NCBI RefSeq assembly: GCF_009914755.1
Contig: NC_060925.1
Length of the DNA stretch: 64,000 nucleotides
DNA from: the human T2T-CHM13v2.0 reference genome, Homo sapiens
Strand: one strand, 5' to 3'
Position 1 is the first letter of the stretch, and the number at the start of each line of letters is the position of its first letter. The notes below the pieces were generated by a model. That model had not been told where the DNA came from. It did no database searches and saw only the letters and a list, made by a program, of their open reading frames with translations. Positions 29,240 through 49,318 of the stretch are shown here, piece by piece. The position numbers were made by a program, and so were the translations under genes.

Positions 29240-29520
29240 CAGAGAAGTCCATTGCTCTCCCAGATCCACTCTCTACCCTGCTCTCTGTAGGGAGGCTGGC
29301 TTATACAAACCATGCCAATAGGCTCCTGTGGCTTACAGCTGGGTCTGGCCACAGGGAGTTCCAGCAGGAGACGCAATGGATAGAGGACATCCCCTCCCTG
29401 CAGTCCAGCCTATGACTCCCTCATTATGAGAGACAAGAAGGCTGCTTTGCCTTGATCCTCACTCTTCTTGTCAGCTTCTCTGAAGTTACTAGCCCTGGAC
29501 AACCCCTTGTGGTTTCCCGG
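29240..29520. mobile_element. LTR33-like ERVL LTR relic
   Basis: ctctcccagatccactctctaccctgctctctgtagggaggctg motif. Confidence 0.55.
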
Positions 29521-30724
29521 CACTCCGGTCAGTTTCCTGTTGGAACACTAACCAAAACACTGCCAGTGCATAAGTGACATAAAGCAGGATCCAAAGGACC
29601 TGGACTGAGAACAACAGGATGAATCTGACAAGAGGGTATTTAATGAAAAGTATAGATGAAGATGTGGTTACTACACTATTTGAAGCTTTGATTATTGACC
29701 GTGAATCAAGAGTTCGGACGATGCACTGCCTCCAAAATAAAATTCTAACTTTATACTGTTCCAAATAGAAAAGTGTTTGCATTCTCTTCCTGTGGTTAGA
29801 CCACTCTTAGAGTACTGTGTTCAGCTATAAATAACACATGAAAAAGTTATCTGTGTCAAATTACTGTAGATTTTAATGCATCCATTTTACTTCCAGCCCC
29901 ATCTCTTGGGTACTCAAACATGAGCAAATGGGGGCTATGAAATCAGATAATTTGATAGGTAGACATGGAGCTATTTTAAAAATTGCCTTTCCCTTCCAAT
30001 TCTTGAGACACTGTTTTTGAACCAAATTGTCACTTCCATTAGAGTAAATTATTTCCCAAGGGACTTCTAGAATCTTTATACACATAGACTTAGTGACTCA
30101 CCCCACAGTCTTGAAATAAACCCAAACCTATGCACACATTTTAGACTGAAGCCTGATGCACATGAAAGAACTATCCAATAAATAGATTACATCAGAAATT
30201 GTCTTATAGGCCTAGTTTTAAGTGTATGGCAAAATTCAAGTTGAGATCAAATAAACAATATCCGAATGTTCATGCTAGAAGTGCCTTTAATATCATTTAA
30301 TACAAGTCTCTGGTTTTGTAAGTAGGAAGAATGAGGCTGTCTTGCTTAAATTCACGAAGCTAACTGGTGGTAGAACCTAGACAAAAATCTCAGTTTTTTT
30401 GCATCTATTCACTGTGCTACATTGCCTCCCTAATAAAATCACACTTCTAAACACCAATTTGGAGGGAACTTGGCAAGTCTTACTATTTTCTCAATGTTTG
30501 TTGGCTATCTACAGTGTGATGACACTACCACATTTCCAAGACATTTATATACCTTATTTGAAGCTGAAAAACAGTATTTGTAATGTTTAACTGAGAGATT
30601 TTTAAAAAGTTTTCTTGATTTTTCTTACCTATTCATTGCAAAAACATTTATTGAGAAGCTATTATGTGCTAGGCAATGTCCAAAGTACTAAGCAGTGAAC
30701 AAAGATTAAAAAAAAAAAATCCTT

Positions 30725-31021
30725 GGCCAGGCATGGTGGCTCACGACTGTAATCCCAGCATTCTGGGAGACCAAGGTGGGTGGATCACGAGGTCAGGAGC
30801 TCGAGACCAACCTGGTCAACATAGTGAAACCCCATCTCTACTAAACTACAAAGAAATTAGCTGGGCGTGGTGGCGGGCACCTGTAATCCCAGCTATTTGG
30901 GAGGCTGAGGCAAGGAGAATTGCCTGAACCTGGGAGGCGGAGGTTGCAGTGAGCTGAGATCACACCACTGCACTCCAGCCTCGGCAACAGTGTAAGACTG
31001 TCTCGAAAAAAAAAAAAAAAA
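30725..31021 (+). mobile_element. AluS
   Basis: Full dimer; TSD aaaaatccttg. Confidence 0.92.
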
Positions 31022-31109
31022 TCCTTGCCTTCATAGAACTTACCTTGTAATTCTTATGTTTATATTTGGGGTAGACTTCAAGGGAATTGAGAGAATTCTT
31101 GCCCTACTT

Positions 31110-31943
<834 letters not shown>

Positions 31944-32116
31944 ACCCCATGAGTTTTAGGAAGGTTCCCTACAGAAGAACCATCTGAGAAGCACCTCAAT
32001 ATTAAAAATGGAAAAGGAAGCAACATTTTCCAGCACTTATGAGTTACAAGAAAAGAGAATCAACTCAGTGGAAAATATACATAAAGACCTTGGACGTTCC
32101 AAACCCATCATTTCTA

Positions 32117-32428
<312 letters not shown>

Positions 32429-32655
32429 CTACTGAAATTAACCTAGGGTGGTTAAATTCAGCAGTGGGCCATGGCAACGGAAAACATTGCAAAAAGTACA
32501 ACAACTCAGCAGGACTATTTGCCAATAATTTATTTTCATCAAGAAAAGAAAAACATATCCTTGGTAACCTGCCAATTCTCAACAAGCTAATTCACGTCAA
32601 GTCTTTCTCTGGGAAAAGAGATAATTAAATCTTTTGAAATCTTTGCTCCCTAACT

Positions 32656-33030
32656 ACAGTGGTCATTAGGGCTGTTCACAAACATTCTTGTTCTCTTTCC
32701 TTCCTGACATATGGTGGATCGTAATTTCCCCCATACTTGGAGGCACTGCCATGTGACTTGGCCAATGAAATGTATGTGGAAGCTGTAAAAGTCAAGATGC
32801 TTCACCATCTTATCTTTTTGTTGTCATGGCAACCAGCAATATTCCTATAGTGGTCGCTCTGTCAGCCCCAGGTCTGGAGTAAGGATGACAATGGTGTGGA
32901 ATAAAGCTTCTAGCAGACAATGATAGAGAGTATAATGAATAAGAACTATATCTTCAAGTTTAAGTCATGGAAATTTTGAATTTACTTGTAACTGCAGTGT
33001 AGCCCAGCCTAGCCTGGCTGAAATACTGAT
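32656..33030 (+). mobile_element. Old MLT1 LTR relic
   Basis: ccatgtgacttggccaatgaaatgt...gtaactgcagtgtagcccagccta. Confidence 0.6.
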
Positions 33031-33086
33031 AAATAACAGAAGTTCATGTTCAACAGTCCTGTTTCTTCAGATGCTGGATTAGCAGC

Positions 33087-33645
33087 TGTTGGGCTCAGAA
33101 AAGGCTACTCCAAAATATGGTGCTTTGACATGCTGAATGGAGGAAGCAGCCTCAAAATTCTCTCTGACCTCCCTGCACCCCGTCTCTTAATCCTCCATCT
33201 CTCCCAAAGCACAGGATGAAATTGTTATCTAAAGTTCCCGTATCTGCCTACAGTCCAGATCTGCCAAGGGAAAAAACAAATCCCTCTCATCCCTTCCCTG
33301 AGTTTTAATTAACTAAACTCATATCACAGGAAGAAAGACAAATCTGTTGGCCAGGCGCGGTGGCTCACGCCTGTAATTCCAGCACTTTGGGAGGCCGAGG
33401 CAGGTGGATCATGAGGTCAGGAGTTCAAGACCAGCCTGGCCAAGATGGTGAAACCCTGTCTCTACTAAAATAAAAATGCAAAAAAGTTAGCCGGGCGTGG
33501 TGGTGGGCGCTTGTAATCCTGGCTACTCAGGGCTACTCAGGAGGCTGTGGCAGAGAATTGCTTGAACCCGTGAGGTGGAGGTTGCAGTGAGCCGAGATCA
33601 CGCCACTGCACTCTCCAGCCTGGGCGACAGAGTGAGACCCAGTCT

Positions 33646-33679
<34 letters not shown>

Positions 33680-34033
33680 ACAAGTCTGTCAACAAACCTG
33701 GACAGCCTTTTGTCCCAAAACATTGTCTGCTTTGTGAGCCCAACAGGCTTTGTCTCAGGCCATTATATGTTCTTGGAGCCCATTAAATTCCCCTAAAAAT
33801 CATTTACTAACCCCCTTACATCACTCATACTTCCCCATCTCCCTTTCTTCTAAGAAGAAAGGCATAAAAACATCTAGACCCCAATTCACGGAGAAAGAGG
33901 GGATAATATCTGGGATTTTCCTCCATGCACTTTAATAAATTTATATGCTTTCCTCCTATTAATCTGCCTTTTGTCAGCTGATTTTCAGCAAACCTTTAGG
34001 GGGCAAAAGGGAAGTTTTCCTTTGGCTGCTACA
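33087..34033 (+). mobile_element. MER39-type ERV1 solo LTR interrupted by AluS (33349-33676)
   Basis: tgttgggctcagaaa...caaaatatggtgctttgacatgctgaa start; aataaa; ends ggctgctaca; TSD cagc. Confidence 0.85.
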
Positions 34034-34674
34034 CAGCTCTGAACTGATGAGGAAGAGCTACTGCGTGTAAGAGTCTGGCTACGAGCCAGGTGCCTTCCAT
34101 CCTACATCTCAGTTCAATTCCACAATAAAATGGAAAGGCAGGTATTACTGAACTCATTTTACCTATAAAGAACCTGAGAAGCGAAGTGACTTGCCCCAGC
34201 TCATTGGCAAGCAGCAGAGCTAAGACAGGAAGCCAGGTTTTCCGAGTATAAAACCCAAGCAGAGTCACTATGCTGTACTGAGACCTCCTATTACTGATTA
34301 TGAACCAAGGTAATTTTATCCTACTTGATAACTCAGATGTCACCTCCTCCTGAATTAGTCACTTTTATATGCTCCTCTTGTCTCTCTTCTTTTCTATTTT
34401 CTCCAAGAACTGAGCTGTGGGACGCTTACCCTCATGATATTCCCTTACTTTGAGATAACTGCGATTCTCTCACTTAATGGCAAGGAAAAAAATACTTGGA
34501 ATGTGGCCCCTGAAAGGTAATGTTAAACATTTTATATACATTGCAATCTTGTTTAGTCTTTATACAAACTCATAACAGAAGTATTATAGATCTATTTTAA
34601 AAGTGGGGAAACTGAAAGAAGAAAAAACTGAGAAACTGAAGCCGTGGCAGGTTATATAAATTGTCTAAGGCAGA

Positions 34675-34996
<322 letters not shown>

Positions 34997-35068
34997 CTAT
35001 CCACCTGAATCCAAACTCCTTCCCCTTTACAGTTTCTCTTCCCACAGTAATATTTGCTGTGTCTCAAT

Positions 35069-35374
35069 TCTTTTTTTTTTGGTTGGGGGTGGGAGACAGG
35101 GTCTCACTCTGTTGCCCAGGCTGGAGTGCAGTGATGTGTTCACAGTTCACAGCAGCCTTGAATTTCTGGGCTTAAACTATGCTCCCACCTCAGTTTCCAG
35201 AGTAGCTAGGACTACAGGTCCCAGCTAATTATTTTAATTTTTTACTTTTTGTAGAGATGGGGCCTTGCTTTTTTGCCCAGGCTGGTCTCGAACTCCTGGC
35301 ATCAAATAATTCTCCTGCTTCAGCTTCCCGAAATGCTGGGATTACAGGTGTGAGCCACTGCATCCATGCCTGGC
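35069..35374 (-). mobile_element. AluJ
   Basis: Diverged antisense dimer. Confidence 0.85.
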
Positions 35375-35896
35375 CCTGCTTTCAGTTCCATTAGCACTTG
35401 GAATTCCCTCACCTCTATGATGGCACTCAAAGAAATGGATCTAAACTATGGCATTTGGACATTCTTGAGCGGGCTCTACTAGCATTTAATGAACTGAGAC
35501 CATGGAGGAGAGACATGCTGCCATAGTGAGACAGCCCATACAACAAAGAATTTTCTGTCATCATATGGGATCTTCTAATGTCCCAACAGATAAAGGTTCT
35601 TGTACATGGAAAACCTGTTTATATTTCCAAGCCTAAGGTCTAATTCCATTTTATATACAAATATGAACCATTTAGGAATGCAATCACCAGCTAAACAAAG
35701 GGAAGATTGTACTGTGTTTTGTTTGGACTTTTCAAAAAATGATCACCACTTCAGAAAATATATCACCTATTGCAATACTGCTCATGGTATTTGACTCACT
35801 ATAATGCCACACGTGTATCAGTCTGCAATTGTAGCTGTCAGGTGCAAATACGTACCGTAGAAGCTTTGACACATCTTTCAATAGACTTAGAATTGA

Positions 35897-36242
<346 letters not shown>

Positions 36243-36676
36243 ACTATTTCTTTACACAGTTTATTATCAAGTTCCTGTTGTCCATCCAAGAGCATGGTCC
36301 CCAAGGTCATTTTAAGTACTGGTGCCTAACTTGATGCCACAAAGCACAGAGGGATTTCAAGAAAAGAGACACTACTCTGTCCCATGAAGTAGCATATATC
36401 TGTACATATAGAGAGACCCTATGTTTATGACAAGACACAACTCAGCTGTGGATATCAGAGTCCTCATGTTTTCAACTTTGACATTGTAATTTGTTTTGCA
36501 TGTTATCCCTATTCCAATTAAATTGACACTTTTTCCATTCTCACATGAATAAATTTAAATTTCTCTAAACTATATTTTATTCTAGTGTAGCCCACATCCT
36601 TGTTCTTTCATTTTCTTATTTCTTGTATAGATATGCTTATTTATATCCTAACATTCATTATAAGAAAGTGTAAGCA

Positions 36677-37032
<356 letters not shown>

Positions 37033-37708
37033 CTAATACATGATAATTTATTTTTAATTACTCTCCTTTTATTGTTCTTTTTTATTATTATTATGGTTAA
37101 GGCTTAGTGCTGAAAATCTCTGTCCCAGAAAAATCCCTTAGTCCAAGGAAAACCAGGATTGTTGGTCACTCTAGATAGTGCTGGGTTTTTTCCTGAAATT
37201 ATATGAGTAGGTAGGCTTTATTTTATTTTTATTATTTTTTTTTGAGACAGATTCCAATCCCTGCTCTGACTTAATTATTCTGTGTCTAAGCTTCTCTTAC
37301 TGTAAAACGAGGATGATGTTAACGCATCTGTCTCACTGAGTTAATGTAAAGAATACAATGGACTAATGTCACTAATTCTTTGCACAACACACAGTAGATG
37401 TCTAAAATATTTTATTTATCATTCTTCCCAGGCCTACCCAGCTCTACCCTTCCCAGTAGTAACTCGTGAATCAAAATGATTCATTTCTCATTCCTTGACC
37501 TCCTCTCTCACCTGGGCCGCTGGTTTCTTATGGCTTATAGGAAAGCATTCCACTCAATGAAGCAATTCATATTGAGGTGTGAGTTGCTAATAGACCACCC
37601 TCTTAGCAGGCTGTAGGTATTTTAAAACTTATTACCCTCCACCAGAAGATTATGTATGAGATATTTTTTGAATTGAAGAGAGAATAGGAGTATATTTTCC
37701 AATGCCCC

Positions 37709-38075
37709 CTGTTATGGGCTACATTGTGACACCCCCAAATTTATATGTTGAAGCCCCAAACCCCAGTACCTTAGGAATTATTTGAAGATAGAGTCTTTAA
37801 AGAGACAAGGCTAAAGGAGGTCATTGGGGTAGGCCCTAATCCAAAATGTCTTGTGTCCTTATCAAAAGAGATTAGGACGCAGACACACACAGAGGGAAGA
37901 CCATGTAAAGACAGAGAGAAGATGGCCATCTATAAGCCAAGAAGAGAGGCCCCAGAAGAAATGAACGCTGCTAATACCTTGATCCAGGGCTTCTTGCCTC
38001 CAGAATGGTGAGAAAATAGATTTCTGTTGTTTAAGCTACCCAGTCTGTGGTACTTGGTTATGACAGCCCTAGAAA
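37709..38075 (+). mobile_element. MLT1B-like MaLR solo LTR
   Basis: tgttatgggct...tatatgttgaag...gcctccagaatggtgagaaaata...cagtctgtggtact. Confidence 0.85.
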
Positions 38076-38329
38076 ATGAAAATGGTCCCTTATTTTTGTC
38101 ACATACCTTTTGTAGATTAAAGCTTCTGGGACCAGATTCCAGATTAGTTCTCTGAATTCTCTGTTCTGCTTTTTCATTCCATGGCAAACCCCAGAACTTC
38201 AGTCTGTGGGTTCACCATGGGGAACATGCATGGCATTTAATCATCATGGTACTTATGGTGGTGGTTATGATTGATTGCAGATTGGGAATCCGAGTGTCAG
38301 GGAGGTTATATATCTTGTCTAAAGCAATC

Positions 38330-38860
38330 ATTTATTCAACAAGTATTTATTGAACATCTATACGATATTTATATAGCAGGCACTATGAGAGATGCTGGAG
38401 TCACATCAAACTGACTTTGCCCTGCCCTCATAGAGCTAAAGGATTAGTAAGAAAAACAGATTTTAAATAAGTAATTATGTAATTATAATAAGTATCTGTG
38501 AATGTGATGACTTATGAAGGAGCATAACATTTTAGTAGGAGAGCCAAATCAGCTTAGCTCCACCCAAAACAAATTTAGTGAGCACCTATTATATGCCAAA
38601 CATTGTGCTAAGTGTTTGAGAAATATCAGGGAACATGACAGATATGGACTCTTCCCTCATAGAACTTCCATGTCTAAAAGGAAAAGAAGACATCAAACAA
38701 GGCGTACAAATGAAAGAGAGATGTTACAAGGCTTAACTTCAAGATTATGTGTGAGCATTTGGCAAAGGCATATAATTTAGCATAAGAAGTCCAGGTAGGC
38801 CTCCTGGAAGAATCACTGTGCATACTGTGACCTGAAGAATCAGGTAGCTGTGAGCCTGAC
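38330..38860 (-). mobile_element. L2 relics
   Basis: tcatttattcaacaagtatttattgaac; gagcacctattatatgccaaacattgtgcta. Confidence 0.65.
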
Positions 38861-39645
38861 AGAGGTGTTGGAAGCCTTCTTCAGTGAGGTCATCTCCTGT
38901 TTAGACAGTGCTTTCCTCCCTGTACATTTTCTCTGAAGGCATCTTTGCTCTGCCTGCCCATAAACATGTTACTCAGCTAGAATACTGAACACTAACCAGA
39001 GAGCTATTTCAGTACTGTCTTGTCTAGAATGGGACTTTACCTTTTAGGGCATAAGCCTGAGAGCTTCCCACCTCAGAGGGTGACTTTAGATTGCTTCCTC
39101 TCCCTTACTATTCTGTTTGTGGCAGACGCTGGGGGTTGGCTTATCCAAAACCTTTTTCCTTATTGCCCTCTACTATAGAAGCCAGAAAGCCAGAATATTT
39201 ATCTCCTGACTTAAATGTTGTGAGAGGCTACTAAGTCTGTCAATCTTAGGTGTTTTTGTTTGTTTTTCCCTTTTGTTTTTATTTGCAAAATATGCCCCCA
39301 ATTGATTCATTCATTGTCCTACCTCTCTGGTAACAACAACAACAAAAAAAACCAGAGGCTTGAACCACTATACCTAAGCTTTGAAAGAATCCAGATACTT
39401 TCTTAATTCTGTTTCATGTCAGGATATTCCTGGTTGGAAAGCTCTTGGCATTACAACAAATTCAAGCTGAATCATATTTGTTTAGACTATTATATTCAGG
39501 ATTGCAGAGCCAGCTGCCTTTTGAAGTGCTTTGATTTAGATACCTGGGGCCCTCATATTTAATGCTTCTTGTTAAAACAGGTAAAAGTATTTGGGAATAT
39601 GGCCCCTCCCAAAAGTTTGAACACAATAAAAAATGATGCAGATTA

Positions 39646-40131
<486 letters not shown>

Positions 40132-40242
40132 TTACTCCTTTCTTCCAACTATTGTATCTTTTAGTCACAGAGAGGTGTTTAGAAAACAGATTTTGTAAGG
40201 CCATCACATTGTTCTGCAGTATAATTTAAAAAATAGTGTCTC

Positions 40243-40543
40243 TTTTTTTCCTTTTTAATTTTTATTTTTTGAGACAAGGTCTCACTCTGTCACCCAGACA
40301 GTGTCATGGTCATGGCTCAGTGTAGTTTCAACCTCCTGCTCAAACAATCCTCCTGCCTTAGCCTCCTGAGCAGCTAGGACTACAGGCACGTGCCACCACA
40401 CCTGGCTAGTTTTTAAATTTTTTGTAGAGAGGAGGATCTTGCTGTGTTCCTCAGGCTAGTCTCCAACTCCTGGGCACAAGCCATCTTCCTGCCTCAGCCT
40501 CCTAATGTGGTGGGATTGCAAATGTATGACACCATGCCCAGCC
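40243..40543 (-). mobile_element. AluJ
   Basis: Antisense dimer. Confidence 0.85.
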
Positions 40544-41212
40544 AAAACTATTCTCTTACTGAAACAAACCTACCTTTTTATTCGTAAGAATCTTTCCCCT
40601 TGGAACACAGTATCAGAGTTTGTCAATCAAAACTACATTGTTTACCTTATCATAGAATAAATTGTTTGATTCAAAAATTTTGATTTTTGTAAAGTTGATC
40701 TTTGAAGAGCCAGATTAACCACCTGGATTGAGTAATGTGTCCTGTGTGTTGCCTACCTCACCAGTTGAATTGGAGAGACCACAATGAGCTGAATTTCTTG
40801 GTTTGGCCAGAGCCTTTCTTTGTGGGTAGAGAGGAAATGAGAGCAGCAGAAAATCTGGAGATAGGATCAGCCACCTCCCCTAGTGAGATCTGAGAGACTC
40901 CCTTGCCCCATATCTCTTCCTGTTGGATAGTTGACAGGGGCCACTGCTTTGGAATAAGTCAGCGAAGATCACTACCAGGTAGAGAATGGAAAGCCTCCTT
41001 TGGTTTTAAGGAGGAGAGAAACACTGAGGCACTCCAGGAAAGGGAGTGTTTATCATAGATACACAAACTGGAACCAGAAAACTGTTCGGGGATTGAGGGA
41101 GCTCTAGGGACTGGCTGTTTCCTTTATCTTTCTCATAGCCAGGATCATCTCCCTCTTGTTATCTTTCTGCTTTTTTCCTATGAAGTGTCTGCTCTGTCTT
41201 CCCTCTTTATCA

Positions 41213-41589
<377 letters not shown>

Positions 41590-41809
41590 CTACCCTTTGG
41601 GTAGAGCTCTTTGCCCAAGGCATCTTCATGAGTCATTAACCAACTGATGGAAAGGCTGCCTCAGGCCAGGTGTCTACCTCTGGTCCACTTAGGGTCCCTT
41701 GTGCGTAGACACCAGCCTAAGGTAACTTCCTGATCCTGGGGATTATGGATGTGGCAGTTTATACTAAAAGCAACTGTTGGATGACAGTGCCTAGGATCTG
41801 CATTTAGTC

Positions 41810-41990
41810 TGAGTCCCAATGCGATCACATGCCTAATTTGTTTGACCAGTCAGCGCTCAGATTTCTTCCTCTGTAAATAGGGGATAATAATGAAACCAAC
41901 TTCACAAAGTTGTAGTGAGGCTCCAACAGGGTAATATATTAGTGAAAGGGCTTTGTAAACTATTAAATATTATACGAATGATATTATTAT
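41810..41990 (+). mobile_element. MIR
   Basis: ctcagatttcttcctctgtaaataggggataataat. Confidence 0.7.
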
Positions 41991-44005
41991 CAAAAAGAGA
42001 TAACCTCTTAAGCCATTTTGACCCCTTTGGGTTCTCAGGCTAGTCATTCATCTTAAAAAGGAACATGGCAGGGAACAAATGGGGAGTGTCAGGGGGCCGG
42101 GAATCTCTTGTTACCCTCTGTTAAGGGATGTCCAAGGACAGCTAGCTGGGAGTCTTGGGCCTCAGGGCATCACAAGGCTCTGGGTTCTTGATGTGTATAT
42201 GTATAAAATGAGGGGGAATAGAGGACCCCTTTTCTCCTTGCCTCTAGTGACACATCCCTTTTCATTGATAACCCCTCCAAATTTCTTTAAAGAGAAAAGG
42301 AGACGAGAAGTAAGAAAATGAAAGTTGAAAAGAGAGAGGTGATGGTGACTAGGCAGAAGTAATAAGATACTGGGTGTGAGTTCCCTAGAAGGGCTGGGCA
42401 GTTCAGCTCACAGAACTGAATTGCTGGGGAATTTTGGCTCACAACTAAACATCCTGCAGCTGCCAGTAAATGGCAACCCCTTTGTATGAAATGTGGCCCT
42501 GACCTTGGGCAGAGCTCCATCTGAGCACCCCTGGACCCCCTGACTCACTGCTGAAGTAGCTAAATGAGGGTGGAGCACTGGACGGAGTACAGTGGCTTTG
42601 TAATTAAGTTTACCAAGTCCCTCATTGCACAAGGGGAAAGATGGAAAAGAGGTTGGAGAGATACTTCTTTAATAAGATCCCTGTCCCAAATCTGAAACCT
42701 AGGTCCTGTTTGAGTAGGCTCAAGTTGCTCATATCTAGGCTGTCATGTAAAAATGATCTGTGTGCTCCAGAAATTTATAATTTATTCATAAAAACACATT
42801 TTCAAAAACATACTGCAAACTGGAATGTTTTGGTGCAGCACAGACTAGCTATTAAATTCCGATGGCCTAGATGGGCCTCTGCAGAGCCATGTGGTGTGAG
42901 AAGATTAAATAGGGAGGAAGAAAAGTAGAAGCAAACTTTTGATATGTTCCTTTGAGAAGAGTATAGGAAGGTCAAGCAAGGGGAGATAGGGAAGTGAAGA
43001 AGTCGATGAATCATTCTCCTCTATATTTGGCTAATTTCCTCATTGGCATTGGCAGATATGACTTCCAAGTTCCGGGGTCCTGACTTTCTTTTTCCAGGGT
43101 TTTTCATTCTCTGTTAATTAGGACATTGGAAGAATTGTCATGATAATTATAATGTCTAGACTAGGGGAACTACAGGAGGCAATAAGAGAATATTTAATTG
43201 CAGAGCTGAGAAGACACATGAAGATGACATGATTGTGTAAGTCTCTCCTTAGAACAATGCCACACGGAGCTGTGTTTCACAGGTGCTCTGACATTGCCTC
43301 TTATGTAAGGGGACTCTTTGGTGTTTTCTCTGAGCATTTAGGGTTTTCAAAATTCCCATTTCCTCCAGAAGATACTAAGGATCTGCAGAAAAAGCAGGGC
43401 TGCAGTACTCTGATGTTTATCAGCTTTACCCTCAGAGTCTGTCATTGTAAAGGTAGGGATGGATGCTCTCAGAGTTTCTTGCCCAGACTAAAAGACACCT
43501 GCTGATTCCTTTGGAGAGGTAGGAAAAATGATCAGGCAGGGAAATCTCTTACCTTGCCAAGTTTGGTCATCATATTTCCTCTCCCGCAATTCAATTGTAT
43601 GCTTTTTCCAGTTGGTTAGTAGAAGTATGGCGCAGAATGTTTTCCTTTCCAACACATAGTAAATCCTTGCTTATTGGTATCCAATTAACTAGGAGAAGAC
43701 AAAATGATTGGTATTTATAAGGATGCCTGGAATGTGCCAGGCCATCTCCAATTACCTTTTATTTTCTCCAAATGGAATTATCACTGTTGTTTGTGCTGAT
43801 GATGGATATAAAACTAGCTTATTATAAAAATTCAACATTGAAAACTGGGGTGGTGAAAAATCCCTTTGCAAATGTTTCACCTCATAGCTGACCTTCCAGT
43901 TAACCACTCTATAGACTAGACCCCTTGGAAATTTTCATGCACATAAATACACACATGTATATATAATGTAGACTATATGCAAATGAGTTCATACACATCC
44001 TGTGA

Positions 44006-44379
<374 letters not shown>

Positions 44380-44491
44380 AGTATAGATTCTTCTAGTTGA
44401 TTTTACTAAGCATCTGATAATGAATATTTCGTTTGCTTTCCATTTTTGCTACTGTAATCAATTCTTCAATGACATCGCAGTTCTCTGATTC

Positions 44492-44815
44492 TTTTTTTGT
44501 TGTATTTGTTGTTGTTGTGTTTTTTTTTTTTTTGAGATGGAGTTTCACTCTTGTTGCCCAAGCTGGAGTGCAATGGCGTGATCTCGGCTCATGGCAACCT
44601 CCGCCTCCTGGGTTCAAGTGATTCTCGTGCCTCAGCCTCCTGAGTAGGTGGGATTACAGGCTCACGCCACCACGCCCAGCTAATATTTTGTATTTTTAGT
44701 AGAGTCGGGGTTTCACCATGTTGGCCAGGCTGGTCTGGAATTCCTGACCCCGTGATCGGCCTGCCTCGGCCTCCCGAAGTGCTGGGATTACAGGTGGGAG
44801 CCACTGCGCCCAGCC
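44492..44815 (-). mobile_element. AluS
   Basis: TSD ctctgattcttttt. Confidence 0.9.
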
Positions 44816-44876
44816 CTCTGATTCTTTTTTAAAAGATAACTATTATTGCTTCACAGTTCTCTGATTTTTTTTTTTA

Positions 44877-46880
<2,004 letters not shown>

Positions 46881-47112
46881 TTGGAAACATCTAAAAAAAA
46901 AAGAGAGAGAGCATGATAGGTTAAATTAGGTCAGTCTAGTTTTAATACTGAACTCATACAAAATTTCAATTCCTTGAAAATTGTCAACTATGTATTAATT
47001 AAAGTGTTGGATCAATCAAAACATGCCTTTTTCTTATTGCCTTTGATAACATAATTTGCTGTATTTATGTGTCCTCATGTAGTGACTCTGAAATTTAAAT
47101 GCTATCTTAAAC

Positions 47113-47400
47113 CTTTTTTTGTTTGTTTTAAGATGGAGTCTCACACTATTGCCTGGGCTGGAGTGCAGTGGTGCTATCTTGGCTCAGTGCAACCTCCGCC
47201 TCCCAGGTTCAAGCATTTCTCCTTGCCTCAGCCTCCCAAGTAGCTGGGATTACAGGTGCCTGCCACCATGCCCGACTAATTTTTTTGTATTTTTAGTAGA
47301 GATGGGGTTTCACTATGTTGGCCAGGCTGGTCTTGAACTCCTGACCTCATGATCCGCCCACCTTGGCCTCCCAAAGTGCTGGGATTACAGGCGTGAACCT
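47113..47400 (-). mobile_element. AluS
   Basis: Antisense dimer. Confidence 0.88.
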
Positions 47401-48161
47401 CCAATATTAGCCTCTCAACGTGCTAAGATTACACCCAGCCTCCAATATTTTTTTAATGCCAATGTTTTATGCTATTAATAGATGTATAATAACCAGATAG
47501 TTCATCTTAACCACATTTTTTATTTTTAAATAGTTTTTATGTGGATATCTCATTATCCTTATCTAGGCATTCATTGATTTTGAGGGCAAACTATTTTGAG
47601 ATTTTTAAAATATTTCATTTTAGCCTCAATAAGAATTTTCTCAATGTAGAGACTGGAGTTTTAAATTCATATTTGCCAATATTCTCAAGTAAAAAATTAG
47701 AAGATTCTAGTATTGAACCATTTAGTTCACTGGCGATGTACAGCTCCCAAAACAAAAATCTGGGAGGATGGAGAGAAGCTGCTAAGGGAGACGAGGTGTG
47801 TCCCTCATAAATAAGAAATTTTGCTAAGTCACAGCTGTCCTTCGTTTTCAGATAAATTAATAAGAATCAATGGAAGCTCTCAGTGCAGCACAGGGTTGCC
47901 TCCTAGGAAGGGGTGTATTTTCAACACGGGATCCAAAGAAATGGTTTATAGCACATTAGTGCCTTGGTTTTTGAAGGTTGAATACGGCTTTGTTATTCGA
48001 CTCTCCAGTTACATCCTCTAGAGGATACAATCACTGTTGCCCTGGGGGAATAATATCTGAGTAGAGTTACAGAAGGCAATTGTAGGATATGGAGGAGGAA
48101 GGACTTCTCCCTCATTACTTTATGCTTTAACAATTAAATAAACAGTCAAGTGTACTGTTAG

Positions 48162-48538
<377 letters not shown>

Positions 48539-49057
48539 CCTTTTGCCTAATACTAATTTACTGAACTAAACATCATACACTTATGACCTTCCTTTTTTCA
48601 GTAATTCATATCAGCATGAATATTTAGGAATAAGAAAACTTTGAGGAGAAAGATTTATTATGTAAATATGAACATCTGCTATCCACCCAATGAGAGATAT
48701 TTAATTCTAAAGCCAGGGCATATATTTTGTCAAAACAAGTAGAGCCAGGCCTGCTGTCTGTATCAGCCCCACCTAGGCAGGTTTGGGATAAGGGAGGGAG
48801 TGAAGAGGGAAGGCAAGTCCCCAGAGTTCTCTTATCTCAGCCACAGCAAATAGATCCCTGGAAAAAGCAGGAGACACTTTCCCGGCGAGTACTCTTAGCC
48901 TCCCACCGTACGTACCCCGCCCTCTCTCTAGGCCTCTTTTCAGAATTTCTGAAAAGGATATGGTCAGAGAGGAGAAGACCGGAGAGAAACAAGTGGGAAA
49001 CAGCGATTCCAGGTTCAGGATGGGGTGTGTGTCAGAAAACTCCTCTGGCCACCCTTG

Positions 49058-49318
49058 TTTTTTTTTTTTTTTTTTTGAGACCGAATCTCGCTCTGTGGCC
49101 CAGGCTGGAGTGCAGTGGCGCGATCTCGGCTCACTGCAAGCAATTCTCTGCCTCAGCCTCCAGAGTAGCTGGGATTACAGGCACGTGCCACCATGCCCGG
49201 CTAATTTTTTTTGTATTTTTGGTAGAGACGGGGTTTCATCATCTTGGCCAGGCTGGTGACCCACCCGCCTCGGCCTCCCAAAGTGCTGGGATTATAGGCG
49301 TGAGCCACCGTGCCCGGC
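49058..49318 (-). mobile_element. AluS with internal deletions
   Basis: Antisense dimer; supplies the C-terminus of the 199-aa ORF. Confidence 0.88.
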